64,000 bases of DNA from Octopus bimaculoides (lineage: Eukaryota): NCBI RefSeq assembly GCF_001194135.2, contig NC_069006.1:6600509-6664508 (forward strand), written 5' to 3'. The notes below the pieces were generated by a model. It searched no databases. It saw nothing but the letters and a program-made list of their open reading frames with translations, and was not told the origin of the DNA. Position 1 is the stretch's first letter. Every line of letters starts with the position of its first letter. A program made the translations under genes and the position numbers. This document shows positions 28,010-42,284 of this stretch, in pieces.

Positions 28010-28380
28010 GTTTGCCACCAGAAATTTCTGTCTAACCTTAACCCCTGCATCCAACAACTTAAATCCTTCACCATATGCTAACTCATTTCTTCTTTCCTAC
28101 AACCACCATCTTCATTGTCGATACACCATGGGTATCTGTTTACTACAAAAGATCCCAACAACTAATGTCACCATCATTTCCACATCCAAATGCTTCAGCA
28201 AATTCATCTCCAATTAACTTTTCTCATCCTTTGTAGCATCCTCATTCACCACCTCTTCAACTCCTCTTTCTTCACTGGACCCTCCCAAGTTTTTACTATA
28301 AACATTAAGTCCTTTAAGGCTGTCATTGTCTTCAAAGATGAACTCCTAGACTCAAAATTATTCTTTGTTCATCAAACTAC
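28010..28380 (-). pseudogene. Possible very decayed RTE LINE fragment
   Basis: Minus frame ...VKTW...MRMLQRM...DRNFWW loosely follows the RTE ETW...MRMLR.M...DR..W pattern. Confidence 0.35.
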
Positions 28381-28432
28381 ATCTGAACCCAAAACTAACA
28401 CTCACCTCCACCTCACTGAACACACCAGTGTG

Positions 28433-28630
28433 AAGGTACATGGCTCAGTGGTTAGGGTGTTCAGTTCAAGCCGACCTTGTCACATTGAATGTCATGCTGA
28501 ATCTACATGAGAACTATATTAAGGGTATGAGTGTCTGTGGAGTGTTCAGCCATATGCACCTTAATTTCATGAACAGGCTGTTCTGTTAATCGGATCAACT
28601 GGAACCCTCATTGCTGTAAGTGATGAAGTG
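28433..28630 (+). mobile_element. Family C tRNA-derived SINE, internally deleted
   Basis: GAAGGTACATGGCTCAGTGGTTAGGGTGTT head (A-box TGGCTCAGTGG); 3' body differs from 63109. Confidence 0.65.
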
Positions 28631-28942
28631 CCAGAAAACCCATCCTCACTCTCAACAACAATTCCTTTCAGCAAACTTCTACCACAAGTCATGTGTACAC
28701 ATACACACACTATTATACTTTCTTACAAACACACAAACACACCAAATGCACACCACATTCATTCATACACAGCTATTCCCCTATACACACACACAACCTA
28801 CTCACACACATAATTTCTTTCATGCTGACACTTCTTACACCTTCCACAATTTATCATACCCTTAGTTCTCAATCTTCAAGTTACAAACCAACATTTTATT
28901 TATTTCTATTTCGACCATTTAACCATTTACCTTACACAAATT

Positions 28943-29149
28943 CTTTTCTACTCTAGGCACAAGGCTCGAAATTTGGGGGGAGGGGACCAGTCGATTAGAT
29001 CGACCCCAGTACGCAACTGGTACTAATTTATCAACCCCGAAAGGATGAAAGGCAAAGTTGACCTTGGCAGAATTTGAACTCAGAACGTAAAGACACGAAA
29101 TACCGCTAAGAATTCCACCTGGCATGCTAACATTTCTACCAGCTCACCG
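28943..29149 (-). mobile_element. Family B2 SINE
   Basis: Full copy; 13-bp TSD CCTTACAC(A/G)AATT at 28930-28942 and 29150-29162. Confidence 0.9.
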
Positions 29150-29728
29150 CCTTACACGAATTACCATTTCTTCATTTGACCTTTTAGTTTTACCTCTTCT
29201 CCATCCATTTTTTTTTTTTTTTNNNNNNNNNNNTTTGTTGAAGGACCATTATCCGAAATACTAAATTCACCTCGTTTCCTTCCCCAGGGTGTAAATTATA
29301 TGGACTTTCCTCTGGATTTTTGTTTTGCCTTCTTTTCCTTATGACTCTCCATAGGTATGAGTAGGAGATGTCACTGATTCACTAAGGGAACAAGTTGCAA
29401 ACAGTTTGCGATTTACATATATATATGTAATACAAATATCTCTTGGGAATAGCGCCGTTTGTTAAGTATTTCTTGAAGCAAGCATGTAACAAATAACCAC
29501 CCTTTCTGAAAGTAATTTATTCAACCCTTAAGTGGAAATGTTGGGTTTCTTTTTAAAACTAAAGTAGAGAAATGTGTCTTGCTTAATGGCACATTTCAAT
29601 AATGGTTGCAGTCATTTTCTGGAATAATAATTCAGATGGCTCTAACTGAAGGCAAAATCCTTCAAGTAGGTATAAAATTAGCAACGATTATGAATACTGC
29701 TTTCTTTCTAAGTTTATACGTGTGTGTG

Positions 29729-29820
<92 letters not shown>

Positions 29821-31200
29821 CATATATATATGGGAGAATATACGAAAAAACAACAACAGACGAGGACAGGTGGTGTAAACATATACACATACACACACAC
29901 ACACACAAACACACAATCACACACATCTATGCACATACACTGTAAGAATATGGGTAATACCTTAAAGCAACAATTTAAGAGATGTCGTAGAACCTTTCAA
30001 ATAGTTTATTTTCTCTATCAGTATTAAGCGTATCACTGAAAAAAAAATCAATAGCTTATAAAAAAAGTAAATAAATAAATAGTATAAAACTCTCCTCACC
30101 TACTCTACCCTCATATCTATATATCAAGAGTAGCGATCTATACCAACACATTTATACATAAGCTCTTGTAATTTGAAATATTAAAGCTCACGCCTTTTAT
30201 TTGTTGATAAAAGAAGACATATATACATCTCTCTCTTTCTCTTTCTCTCTCTCTGTCTCTCTATCTCTCACTCTCTATATATATATATACACATACATAC
30301 ATATATATATATACACATACATACATACATATATATACATACATACNNNNNNNNNNATATATATATATATATATATATACATACATATATATAAAGTTGT
30401 CAGTGTATGCAGTTTTATGCAAATTAGATCAGTTTAGCTCTGTCTAAGTGTGTGTCTATGATAAATAACTGTAAGTTAATAATCTTCGACTGTGGACAAA
30501 AGATAGGTATTCTTTATTTGATGAAGTTCTAACAAGTCTAGAAACCAGTCAAACTGATTTTTTTCTTTTTTTTTTGCCTGTGGAGAGATATAACTGTAGT
30601 GTTACCACATGGCTTACATTTTTGCACTCAGGTTAAATTGTATGTCTAACAAATATTTTGTGTGTGTGTATACATACATACATATATATATATATATATG
30701 TATATTTACACACACACAGGTGGGAAATGACGAGACATTTTGGAAAAAAAATAGTCCTGTATGAAAGTGTGATAAGAAATGTCTGGCTGTTTCTATAGAA
30801 ATTAAAGAAAACTGTGATACTTATTTTTTTCTATAAGATGAATTATGTGAAAAACAAATACATATAAAATAGTAAGAAATTTTTAAAAAAACGATACTAA
30901 CTTGTCTAATATAGAACTGCTTTCCAAAATAAATTAAATTACTTTTTCTTTTCTTTTTTTTCTTTCTATTTTTTTCTGAATTGGTATATCTGCTATTAAC
31001 CTGAACTTCTTTAATCAGATTCTGCATGAGGTTGTGGAAGAGGTTATACATATTAGCATGGTTTTCTGTTTTCTTTAAATTTCTCCAATATCAAAGTAGA
31101 CAGTTACTCAACAACTAAACTATCTTTGGTATTTAGACAACATTGCTGTACAGATTACGTATGTGGAACTCCAAACAAAAAGTTTTGCTTATTTTCAATG

Positions 31201-31433
31201 TTTACCTTACAGATTCAGTTTACAGCCAACCATATCTGGCCCAAACGTTCTCCCCATTTTATGTTCAAACCGGCCAGGGTTTGGCTCTCCCACAAACACT
31301 ACAATGTCATTCTAAAAATAAATAATCACATCATTGAAATCTCAAAGCTATGAGATAATGTAGGATTAATTCAAAACAAAGTGAATAAGTAAACATTACA
31401 TTTGACAGAATAATTTCAATGCTAAAGGGTTAA
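31201..31433. mobile_element. piggyBac-like MITE
   Basis: Right end AATGCTAAAGGG-TTAA; second copy at 18178-18304; left end decayed. Confidence 0.65.
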
Positions 31434-32302
31434 TGGTGCAAGTCTCCAAGGACCCAACAATTTTAAAGGTGATATTTAAATATTTAGTAATGTAATCGAA
31501 TGCATAAATTAAGCTGACTTTCCATAAATGGTCTCCACTTTTCATGACTGTCACTAAACTGTTTATGAACACAAGAGGAAGCTGATGTTTTCTGCCACAA
31601 CAATGTCAACTCTACTGTATCTATATGTCAGCTCTATCTATTGTATTTATAATGTCAAATCTATTGTATCTGTAATTGGAATGCTTCACAAAGACCTACA
31701 CATACACATATACATATTAATGTATTTTAAATTTAAGTTATATATATATATATATATACACACATGATGTATCTGTAATATATTACATCTATTTCTGATA
31801 TTTTTTGATTTCATGTAGGTGCTGTTGGTTTATTTTAGTGTTAAATTACTTTAAACAAGTTCTTAGTAAAAAAAAAAACTGTTTTATGGTTTCCAACTAC
31901 CTGCTGCTTGATTTAATCAGTAAAATTGATATCTGTTCTTCAACTGAGCAAACTAAAATAAGAAAAATAATGTTAGAAAACTGTGAAAGAAACGTTAACA
32001 AGTAGATAAAAAGGCTCAGTATCTTGACTGCTGAATCCACTCATCCATCAGTGTAAGGGGGTATTACATTTAGTAATTCTTGGTCCCTTAAATATGGAAA
32101 TTATTTATTTAAAGCATAAACAAATAAGTGCAGACAGGTCTTTATAGCTAAATAGTTTACTTTGCAATGACAGGCTTCTGAGTTCAATCCTAATAAACAG
32201 CATCATGAACTGATGTCTTTTATTTTTATTTGTTTGGAGAGGTCATTGGATTTGGCAAACAAATTGTAGAAACTCTTTGTATATATATGTGTATTTATAT
32301 GT

Positions 32303-32307
<5 letters not shown>

Positions 32308-32389
<82 letters not shown>
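32308..32389. repeat. Long (GT)n microsatellite
   Basis: Uninterrupted GT array. Confidence 0.95.
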
Positions 32390-32393
<4 letters not shown>

Positions 32394-32594
32394 AGTGAGA
32401 GAGAGAGACAGAGAATGTGTGTATACAAGCATGTGTGTGCCTGCATATTGATTTATAAATGCAAATGTACAGTCATTATGAATCCAAAATCGATTGAGAA
32501 TCTGAAGTTCTTCTAAACTAAAGCATTTCAGATAATGGTTTATAGACTGTATGAAATAAATATCTAGAAACCAAGAATTGAAATGACAACATTA

Positions 32595-32874
32595 CCTTAC
32601 CTGACTATATAAAATACCAGGGACCAAGAATTCTTGACACCACAATGCAGCCTTAGCTGATCGTATGGAATATCCAGGGCTTAGACTTGGTAACCACTGC
32701 ACCACCTTAACTGACAGTATGAAATATCTGGGTCCAAGAATTCTTGACACCACAGCACCACTTTGGCTTATTATATATAAAGATTGTCAGCAACCAAGAG
32801 TGGGATAGCAACACTAACTTCCTTGGTTTATTGTACGAAATATCTGGGGTCAAGAATTGACACCACAACACTCT
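32595..32874. repeat. Degenerate minisatellite, 5 units of 54-60 bp
   Basis: Units start at 32595, 32651, 32705, 32761 and 32821; CAAGAATT(CTT)GACACCACA recurs in units 1, 3 and 5. Confidence 0.8.
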
Positions 32875-33784
32875 AAGAACTTGTGACTTCTCTCTGACAC
32901 TTACCATCAATACATCTGTTAACTATTTTATAATTAGAATATTGGGTTTTATGTTAAAAGTGAGAGATAAAAAAAGAAAGTCTCTTTGTAATAAGAGACA
33001 AAAGAGAAAATTAGTGAAAGGCTATAGAAAGTGTATTAAATTAGTGTGTATAATAAACAGAATTATAAAAATAAGACCTAACATTGATTAGTTCATTATA
33101 AATTCTGCTTGGTGAATAGGTAAGGTAACCAGAATCAAACAGAAAACAGTAGAGAGAGAGAGAGAGAGAAAGAGAGTGTGTGTGTATACATACATACATA
33201 TAAATAAATATACATACACACACATATATAACACACATACTTGTATGTATATATACAAATACAGGCATACATTTATATACATACACACATATATAAACAC
33301 ATATACACATATATATTTAGTAAAACAACAAAGTAGAATCTAATATGTCCATTGTGTCCAAGTTTTATTGTGTTAAAATTAATTTTCAATGAAAGTGTTG
33401 ATATAAATGAACTCTGCTTAGAGAGTATCATGGAAGTTTTAAAGAGAGTTTTTTTTTCTAATGAATGATTAAGTTGCAGTCTCTTCCGAGAAAATATCTC
33501 TCTATTTTGTGAATATATTTCGGTACTTCTAAACTCAAGTGTATGTGTGTGACTTCTTGTATTGTTTCTTTTTTCATTTGTTTAACTTGTTCTAATCACA
33601 GATTTAATGTTTCTTTTAAACACTTCAAAATATATTTTGTTTTCATACTGGCTGTTGTTTAGCCCTGGCTTAGCAGACCTATGATGAAATGTGTTCTAGA
33701 AACAACCATTCAGTCTTCTATTATATCTAGGGCTACATTATCAAAACTTTTAAATTTCATAGCTGCAGACATAAATGTGTGGAT

Positions 33785-33950
33785 GGGTGCAGGCGTGGCT
33801 GTGTGGTAAGAAGTTCTTTTCCCAACCACATGGTTCCAGATTGAATCCCAGTGTGTGGCACCTTGGGTAAGTGTCTTCTACTATAGCCTCAAGCTGACCA
33901 AAGCCTTGCAAGTGGATGTGCTAGATGGAAACTGAAAGGAGCCTCTCTGT

Positions 33951-33996
<46 letters not shown>

Positions 33997-34219
33997 ATGC
34001 GCACATGTGTCTGTTCCCTGTCCTGCACCACTGCTTGACAATTGGTACTGGTTTGTTTACATCCCTCTAACTTATCAATTTGGCAAAAAGATAGAATAAG
34101 TAGCAGGCTTTAAAGAAACAAATAAGTATTGGAGCTGATTCATTTGACTTTAAAATTCTTCAAGGCAGTGCCCCAGCATGGCCACAATCTAATGGCTGAA
34201 ACAAGAAAATATAAAAGAT
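33785..34219 (+). mobile_element. Family A SINE, full copy
   Basis: Head, core, (TG)n linker and tail. Confidence 0.9.
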
Positions 34220-35949
34220 TATTCCAGTAATTATCTCCGAAACAGAATGGGTATTAATTATCTCTGAATCATAGAATGGGTATTTTCTGCAAGTCATGTT
34301 GCCACAATAAACTTGATGTGTGTCTCAAAAGAAAATGGTTTCAAAGATGACATTCTTTGACTAAAGACAGGTTGGCATATAAAACTGCTTTCTGCCGCTA
34401 AGGATAATGAAACTTTGACTGGACATATTTTATTTCCGCAATGAAATGGCTAATGGATCAATCCTTTTGTAAAGTAGAAAAGGTACAATTTGAAGGAGAT
34501 TTAGTAGCTATTATTTGTAACAGAACAAATGAACACACTATGGTTTCTTTGTTGAATCTAAATATAGACAAGGTATCAGATTTATTAATCGCAAAATCTT
34601 AAGATCAAATGTTTCCAAATTCAAACAGCTATAGCAGAGAATGCATTGCTCTGTGCTCCTCAGTCAAATATAAAAACCGCCGACAATTTATAGTTTAATG
34701 GTTAGATGTAGTAAAGACAATTCTAAAAGCACCAATTCAAATGTTAAGTCAATATTAAAATTTACTAAAATTCATTTCACCCATAAGGGAAAGTGGTTGC
34801 AGGACATTCCTGCATGGTGTGTAACTACAAATGGTTACCAATGTTTGAAGGAGAAAAGATCATCTTTCCAGTACAAAATTGATTTTATGGACACTGATGA
34901 TCTGGAACTGCTCATAGTCTACACTAATTTATGAACAGGAACTTCAAATTTCTGCAGCCTCCATATTAGTTTACCTGTACCTTGCACAGTAAAGTGATAA
35001 ACTTGTATCATTTATACTAATGTACAGGTACCTGTATTTCATTTAATTATTTAAGTATATTTAATATCTAGAGTGTGTGACTTTTTTAGCAGGGGTGAAA
35101 CCAGTAATCTAGAAAAGCTTTGGAACCAAAGATTTAAGAAAATTGATGCTATATCTGGGATTGTTTAGATGCAATAAACTTTATAAATCTGAAGACAGAA
35201 CATTCCCCTACATATTCATACAGAGATGATCGCACATTATCATAATCATAAATTGCATCAAAGTGCTCAGAAGCTTTGGTCCGTTCCAAACATCAACTGA
35301 TTTTGTCAATAAACAAGAAGTTATGCTTAATTTATCAAACCTAGTCATTTTACTTTTATTGTTTTCAGAATTAAATGAAACACAAGGGAAGTTTAATTTT
35401 GCTAGAATGTAGTCATTAAGAAGTTAGAAGTCTTTGATTTTAAAATACTTCATTGTATATAAAAACGCAAGCAGTTTGTGTGTGCATGCATGTGAGAGAG
35501 AGAGAGGGGGGAGCGAGAGTGGGGAGCGAGAGGGGGGAAGCTAAAATAAAAATATCCTTCAGAATACAACACATTATTTTCAGCTGTCATGCCCTTGTAA
35601 CAAGAAATTATTGAGTTCAATCCTCTCTTATGGATCTTATTAACTTAAATGAAATTGGTGTAGCTGGCAAGTGGATCACAGACTTGGTTTACAAAGAAAT
35701 TTCAAAAAATTAAACTTGATAAAATTTGAATTTATATACTTAAAGTATACAGTAAGAAAGTATAAAGTGGATAGTTTTGTACTCTCCTTTCAGAATTAAT
35801 GATTGCAATGACAAACGAGTTTTTATATGATCATTCAATGTGCTGAAAATAGCAGCTAAATTCCCCTCAATCTACAACTAACCTCAATAAAAAAAGAGGA
35901 AGGGATATATTAGATAATATAGACCTAGATATGTTGTTGGGTTGGTAAT

Positions 35950-36462
<513 letters not shown>

Positions 36463-37171
36463 AGGTGTGCCATATGAGAGCTGATGTGGGGCCAAACAAC
36501 AACAACATGGTAAGTTTCAATACAAAATAAACCCAGGTGAAATTAGAGCTCAGATACTTTGATACATGAAGCAAAATAAAGCATAAATCATACTGGCTCC
36601 TGGTCGAGCATCAGCACTGCATCTATAATAAAAATGACAATGATGGTGTTGGTTATGATTTATGTAGATATAAAAGATAATATTTTAATAAGGAGAAGGG
36701 GTTGGGAGTGGGTTATGTTAAAGACTTTCCCAAAGACATTAGTGACACAAGTGAAGTGAACCACTTCCAAATGGGAATTGGACTTCATTCATCAAAACCT
36801 CAACCCCAGTTATCACCCTACCAACTCTCTAACATCTGATATAATAATTTCTTTGTTTATTAATAAAATAATAATTATTTCTTTTAATGACAAATAATTG
36901 TAATGATTATGTTGGTGTTCACTTTTGCACAAAGACATTTTGTAAAGAGAGAGGTCATGTTTTCATATTCTCTTCAATTGACCCCAGTGTTACCTCTAAC
37001 ACTTAGTTTATCAATTCCTCAGGGAATCCAATGGTTCTTATGAACTCATGAGTCACTAGGTAATGAGAATTTTGAGAAGTATGTGGGTTGAACTAATCAG
37101 ACACAACCATGCCAACTACTACAGTACTAATGGTGTGTGTGTGTGTTGTGTGTGTGTGTGTGTGTGTGTGT

Positions 37172-37782
37172 GGGCATGGCTGTGTGGTAAGAAACTGGTT
37201 TCACAGAAAGGCGGCGAGCTGGCAGAAACGTTAGCACGCCGGGCGAAATACTTAGCAGTATTTCGTCTGGCGTTACGTTCTGAGTTCAAATTCCACCGAG
37301 GTCCACTTTGCCTTTCATCCTTTCGGGGTCGATGAATTAAGTACCAGTTACGCACTGGGATCGATGTAATCGACTTATTCTCTTGTTTGTCCCCTCTATG
37401 TTTAGCCCCTTGTGGGCAATAAAGAAATAAGAAACTGGTTTCACAACCACATGGTTCCAGGTTCAGTCCCACTGTGTGGCACCTTGGGCAAGTGTCTTCA
37501 ACTATTGTTTCAGGTTAACCATAGCCTTGTGAGTGAATTTGGTAGATGTAAACTGAAAGAAGCCTGTCCTCTGTGTGTGTGTGTGTGTGTTTGTCCCCCA
37601 CCACTGCTTGTCAACTGGTGTGGGTATGTTTACGTCTCTGTAACTTAGCAGTTCAGCAAAAGAGATGAATAGAATAAGAACTGAACTTTTAAAAAATTAA
37701 GTACTGAGGTTAATTCATTCGACAACAAATTCTTCAATGCAGTGTCCCAGCATGGCCACAGCCTAATGAAAGGAAACAGTTA

Positions 37783-37785
<3 letters not shown>
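37172..37785 (+). mobile_element. Family A SINE interrupted by a B1 SINE
   Basis: 18-bp TSD TAAGAAACTGGTTTCACA at 37188-37205 and 37428-37445. Confidence 0.9.
37206..37427 (+). mobile_element. Family B1 SINE (nested)
   Basis: Near-identical to 17588-17814. Confidence 0.9.
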
Positions 37786-37832
<47 letters not shown>

Positions 37833-38044
37833 TCCATAAAGTTTCAGATGAAATAATGTTGGAAATATTTCTGGAGATTTTGTTGCTTTCACCATCAAAT
37901 TCCATGTGTAAGTCACATGTCTAACTAGGGAAGGGTTTGATAAGATTCAGAAAAAACCTCCTGTAGCTTACGTATTTATACAACACATATGTGTGTGTGG
38001 TAGGGGGTGTGTATGTGTGTGTGATATACAAATATGTATATAGG

Positions 38045-38412
38045 TATTTTATTGTGTCTGGGGAGAGTCATTCTCTTTTAGTGCCTTATTATTTAACACA
38101 CTCAAGGCAGTGAGCTGGTAGAAACGTTAGCACACTAGGCGAAATGCTTAGCAGTATTTTGTCTGTCGTTACGTTCTGAGTTCAAATTCTGCCAAGGTCA
38201 ACTTTGCCTTTCATCCTTTCAGGGTCAATAAATTAAGTACCAGTTGCATACTAATCAACTAGCCCCCTCCCCCAAAATTTCAGGCCTTGTGATTAGAGTA
38301 GAAAAGATTGTTTAACACACTCACTAGTTTGGTTTCCGCTTTGGAAATTGAATCAGTGTATTAAATAATAAGGCACTAAAAGAGAAGGACTCTCACTATA
38401 CACAATAAAATA
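38045..38412. mobile_element. Foldback MITE (about 60-bp arms) with a nested B2 SINE
   Basis: 38045-38104 is the reverse complement of 38353-38412 (GAGAGTCATTCTCTTTTAGTGCCTTATTATTTAA). Confidence 0.85.
38105..38310 (+). mobile_element. Family B2 SINE
   Basis: 13-bp TSD TTTAACACACTCA at 38092-38104 and 38311-38323. Confidence 0.9.
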
Positions 38413-38510
38413 TGCTTCAACACACGAATTCACATAAAGAATCTTGCAAACCAAATATAAAAACGAAATATATAGATATTTATATACATATATGTATATA
38501 ATATACACAC

Positions 38511-38933
38511 AGGCGCAGGAGTGGCTGTGTGGTAAGTAGCTTGCTTCCCAACCACATGGTTCTGGGTTCAGTCCCACTGCGTGGCACTTTGGGCAAGTGT
38601 CTTCTACTATAGCTTCGGGCCGACCAAAGCCTTGTGAGTGGATTTGGTAGACGGAAACTGAAAGAAGCCCGTCGTATATATGTATATATATATATATGTA
38701 TGTGTGTGTATGTGTTTGTGTGTCTGTGTTTGTCCCCCCAGCTTTGCTTGACGACCGATGCTGGTGTGTTTGCGTCCCCGTAGCTTGGCGGTTCGGCAAA
38801 AAGAGACCGATAGAATAAGTACTAGGCTTACAAAGAATAAGTCCTGGAGTTGAGTTGCTCGACTAAAGGCGGTGCTCCAGCATGACCACAGTCAAATGAC
38901 TGAAACCAGTAAAAGAGTAAAGAGTAAAGAGTA
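38511..38933 (+). mobile_element. Family A SINE, best-preserved reference copy
   Basis: A-box TGGCTGTGTGG (38522), B-box GGTTCAGTCCC (38565), CORE-like GTGGCACTTTGGGCAAGTG, (TA)/(TG) linker, (AAAGAGT)n tail, CpGs retained. Confidence 0.95.
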
Positions 38934-39582
38934 CACATACATACATTTGTGTATACATGATCAGGAACCTCCTTGGTGAAAATCTTAACTACATCCATGT
39001 TTGTGCTCAGGCTGTTATTATACCCATGAAAATCTACTACTACTACTATTACTACTACTTATTTGTCATAAAAAATTATTGAAACTGAATGAAATAAATA
39101 TTTATTTTTTTAGTTCAATGTCTTTGTGTACATTGGTACTGACACACAAAAACATACATATATATATATATATATATACACACATACATACATATATATA
39201 CACACACCAACACACACACTTAGCTATACTCACATACACACATGTAACTGGCAGCTGATAATACAGGAAGACTAAAATGTTTTAGTTTGCAAAGAAAAAA
39301 AAAGAGAAAAGGAAAAGGGTAAATAGTCTAAGACATTTTTTTCATCAAAACTAATAATATATTGATTTTTATTCTAAGAACAAGACCAGAAATTAGTGGG
39401 AATGGTGGAAGTGGTCAATGATTAAATCTATTTCAATCGACAGGTACTTATTTAGCAACACTGGCGAAGTTGACCTTGGAGAAATTTGAATTCACAATGC
39501 AAAGTATTTTGACCACCTCTAATTCCACACTACCCTTGCCTTCACTACAGGTAATATGTAGAGCAAACGAAAAGGCATCCAT

Positions 39583-39776
39583 CAGTGATTCTCAGCCACA
39601 ACTCCCAGCGCCTCATGTGGCCCTCAAGCATCCTACCAGCAGCCCTTAACAGTCTTCCCTCTATGAATATAATAAATTTTTCTTTGACTCATGTTTTGCT
39701 TTTTTTTGGTGCAGCCCGCCTAAAAAAATCCAGACTTTAGACGTGGCTTGGATAATAAAAATGTCAAGAACCACTG
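39583..39776. mobile_element. Probable hAT MITE
   Basis: Ends CAGTGATTCTC / AAGAACCACTG; no clear TSD. Confidence 0.5.
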
Positions 39777-40071
39777 CACTATAGAGTTGTTTTACTTTCT
39801 AGAAATAACAACCAAACCTCCCTCAAACTATATCTTGCCATCATATGATGGGACACATTAGGAAATATCCAAAGTACAGTATTCCGAAAACAAAAATGGT
39901 GTAGCCATAGTTGGAATGGGGTGACTACCCTAATTGAGGATGACAGCAATTAATAGCATAGTAAATACCTCTTTACCTTTTACAACAACAACAACAAGTT
40001 AATGGAGTTGTTGGGGACACACATAATTAGTAATATGTTGTTTCCAGTCCCAGACAATATTTGAGTCTAGT

Positions 40072-40285
40072 AAGCCAGTGAGCTGGCAGAAACGTTAGCA
40101 CTCTGGGTGAAACGCTTAGCGGTATTTCATCTGCCTTTACGTTCTGAGCTCAAATTCCACCAAGGTCAACTTTGCCTTTCATCCTTTTGGGGTTGATAAA
40201 TTAAGTACTGGTTGTGTACTGGGGTTGAAATAATCGATTGGCATCCTCCCCAAAAATTTTGGGCCTTGTGCCTAAAGGAGAAAGG
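40072..40285 (+). mobile_element. Family B2 SINE
   Basis: 16-bp TSD AATATTTGAGTCTAGT at 40056-40071 and 40286-40301. Confidence 0.9.
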
Positions 40286-41127
40286 AATATTTGAGTCTAG
40301 TTTCATTTCTGTGCCTTAGGGTCAATAAATTCAATAAAAACCAATTATTGGTATTGAACCCCAAGTTTACCCTAATCAAGCAGAACTATTATCAAAGATA
40401 TTATAGCCATGATCATCTCAATGTTTACTTCCATGCAAAATGGCATCCTGGACAGCATTGTCTCTAATATCCAGTGTGTCCTTCATTTTAGGGAATAAGA
40501 CAAAGTACTAAGCATAAGATCTGGCTGTTATTTATAGTAGATTGGTGGACCACCACAGCAAGTCTTTCTAAACTGGCCAATACACTTTTAATAAAAAAAA
40601 ATTTTCCATGATGCCTTAATTACGTTTTGTTAACAGCATAAAATTAGTGAAATTAATTAATGAATAATCAAATATCCTGTCTCTTGTCATCAGTTACAAG
40701 TTTAATTAGCATTCACAGTTATCAGAACTCAAATATACTTCACAGGTCAATCTTGTCATACTGATCAGATGTGACTAAAACTGGATGCTAAAGAGACAAA
40801 GATTGCTGGCAACCTACGCCAGTGTAGCATCACAGTTTGGAAACCTCTTTTGAAGAAGCTTGTCTGTTTGTTCCTATCATAAGAACCAGTGTAGTTGTAG
40901 TGAGGTTGACCCAACTGAAGCTGATGAAAACAAGTCTTTAAGCTCTGTTAATTTAGGACAAGAAGAATATAGCATTAAATCTTAAGTAGATTTGATAGAA
41001 GTCAGATACTGGAGATCACAGAAAGACTTTAGTGACCAAGCTGTAAGGCAACTGGACAAAACTGGTTGAACTGGACAAATGGTGAATACATAACCTCCAC
41101 ACAAAGATTTTTACATATGTATATATA

Positions 41128-41345
41128 TCTTCATCATTATTTAATGTCCATTTTCCATTTTGGCAAGGGTTGGATGGTTTGGCAGGAGTTGACAAGCCAG
41201 AGAGCTGCACCAGGTTCCAATTGTCTCTTTTGGCATGGTTTCTACAGCTGGATGCCCTTCCTAATGCCAACCGCTTTTCAGAGTGTGCTGGGTGCTTTCT
41301 ACGTGGCACCTGCACAGTGCTTTTTATGTGGCACTGGCACAGGCG
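41128..41345 (-). mobile_element. Family E / RTE-tail element
   Basis: GGATGCCCTTCCTAATGCCAACC and GGGTTGGATGG tail motifs. Confidence 0.8.
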
Positions 41346-41654
41346 TTTATATATCTTCAGAATATATATAATATGCATGTGTGTGTGTAAGCATTTTTTC
41401 AAAGAAATGTAAAGGTCCTTTTAGTTGCTACTGTTGAAGCCTGCTGTCAGTGCATCAAGCCACAAAACTGACAGATCGATTGCCCTGACACTGTTATTGT
41501 TGTTGTTGCTGCTGCCTGCTGTCATCACTATTTTTACTCCAACAACCCTTCTTACAACAAACAGACATGGAAACACTGTTACAAGCTTTCATAAAATGAT
41601 CAATAGAATGTAAAATCCAAGTAAACTACTCAGAGAGTAACAACAAAAATAACC

Positions 41655-41661
41655 AAGTGCA

Positions 41662-41708
<47 letters not shown>

Positions 41709-41775
41709 GACAGACAGAGAGAAAGAGAGACAGACAGAGAGAGAGAGAGACAGACAGACAGACACAGAGAGAGAC
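41655..41775. repeat. Compound (TG)/(GA)/(GACA) microsatellite
   Basis: Directly visible. Confidence 0.95.
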
Positions 41776-42284
41776 TGTACACACTTGCGTGTGCATGTAA
41801 AGACATATACAGATCTTTATTTTTCACGTTTGTATATATGTTTGTATGTGCAGGTGTTTATGTATATTTGCATTTAGATGTGCATGGGTGTGCAATTTTA
41901 GGTTTTTAAGTTTTATTGCTACTCAACCTTTAAAAGCAAGCCTTGTATTACACACACAGTGTCCAGTAACTACATCTGTCTATTTGATCACATGCTGACT
42001 GGTTAACTGACTGAAGTCGATGTTGGTGAGATGTCATTCATCATGCATTGTACAAATCCATGAGGTGACAGACCAACCATTCCTTGCAATGTAACACTCA
42101 AGCACCTGTTTATCAGTGCATCTGTTTGCTGTTGTTTCTCCACTGCCTAACCCCACTCCCCTATAACAGTCTAATCTAACGTCAGTGAGAAGCAGTGATA
42201 TGTTACAATATGCTCTGCAATTGAATGTGCAAAGATGCTTTTATTTGTTAACATTTTCCTGATCAAGAGCAAACGTTTTTGTGT

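Noticed and set aside
34231-34285. 27-bp tandem duplication after a SINE tail
   Set aside because: Ordinary local slippage with no further structure
38511-38585. tRNA gene
   Set aside because: Has A and B boxes but no convincing cloverleaf, and continues into a multi-copy SINE body
40740-40930. CR1/L2-like C-terminal remnant on the minus strand
   Set aside because: Similarity too weak to support by eye
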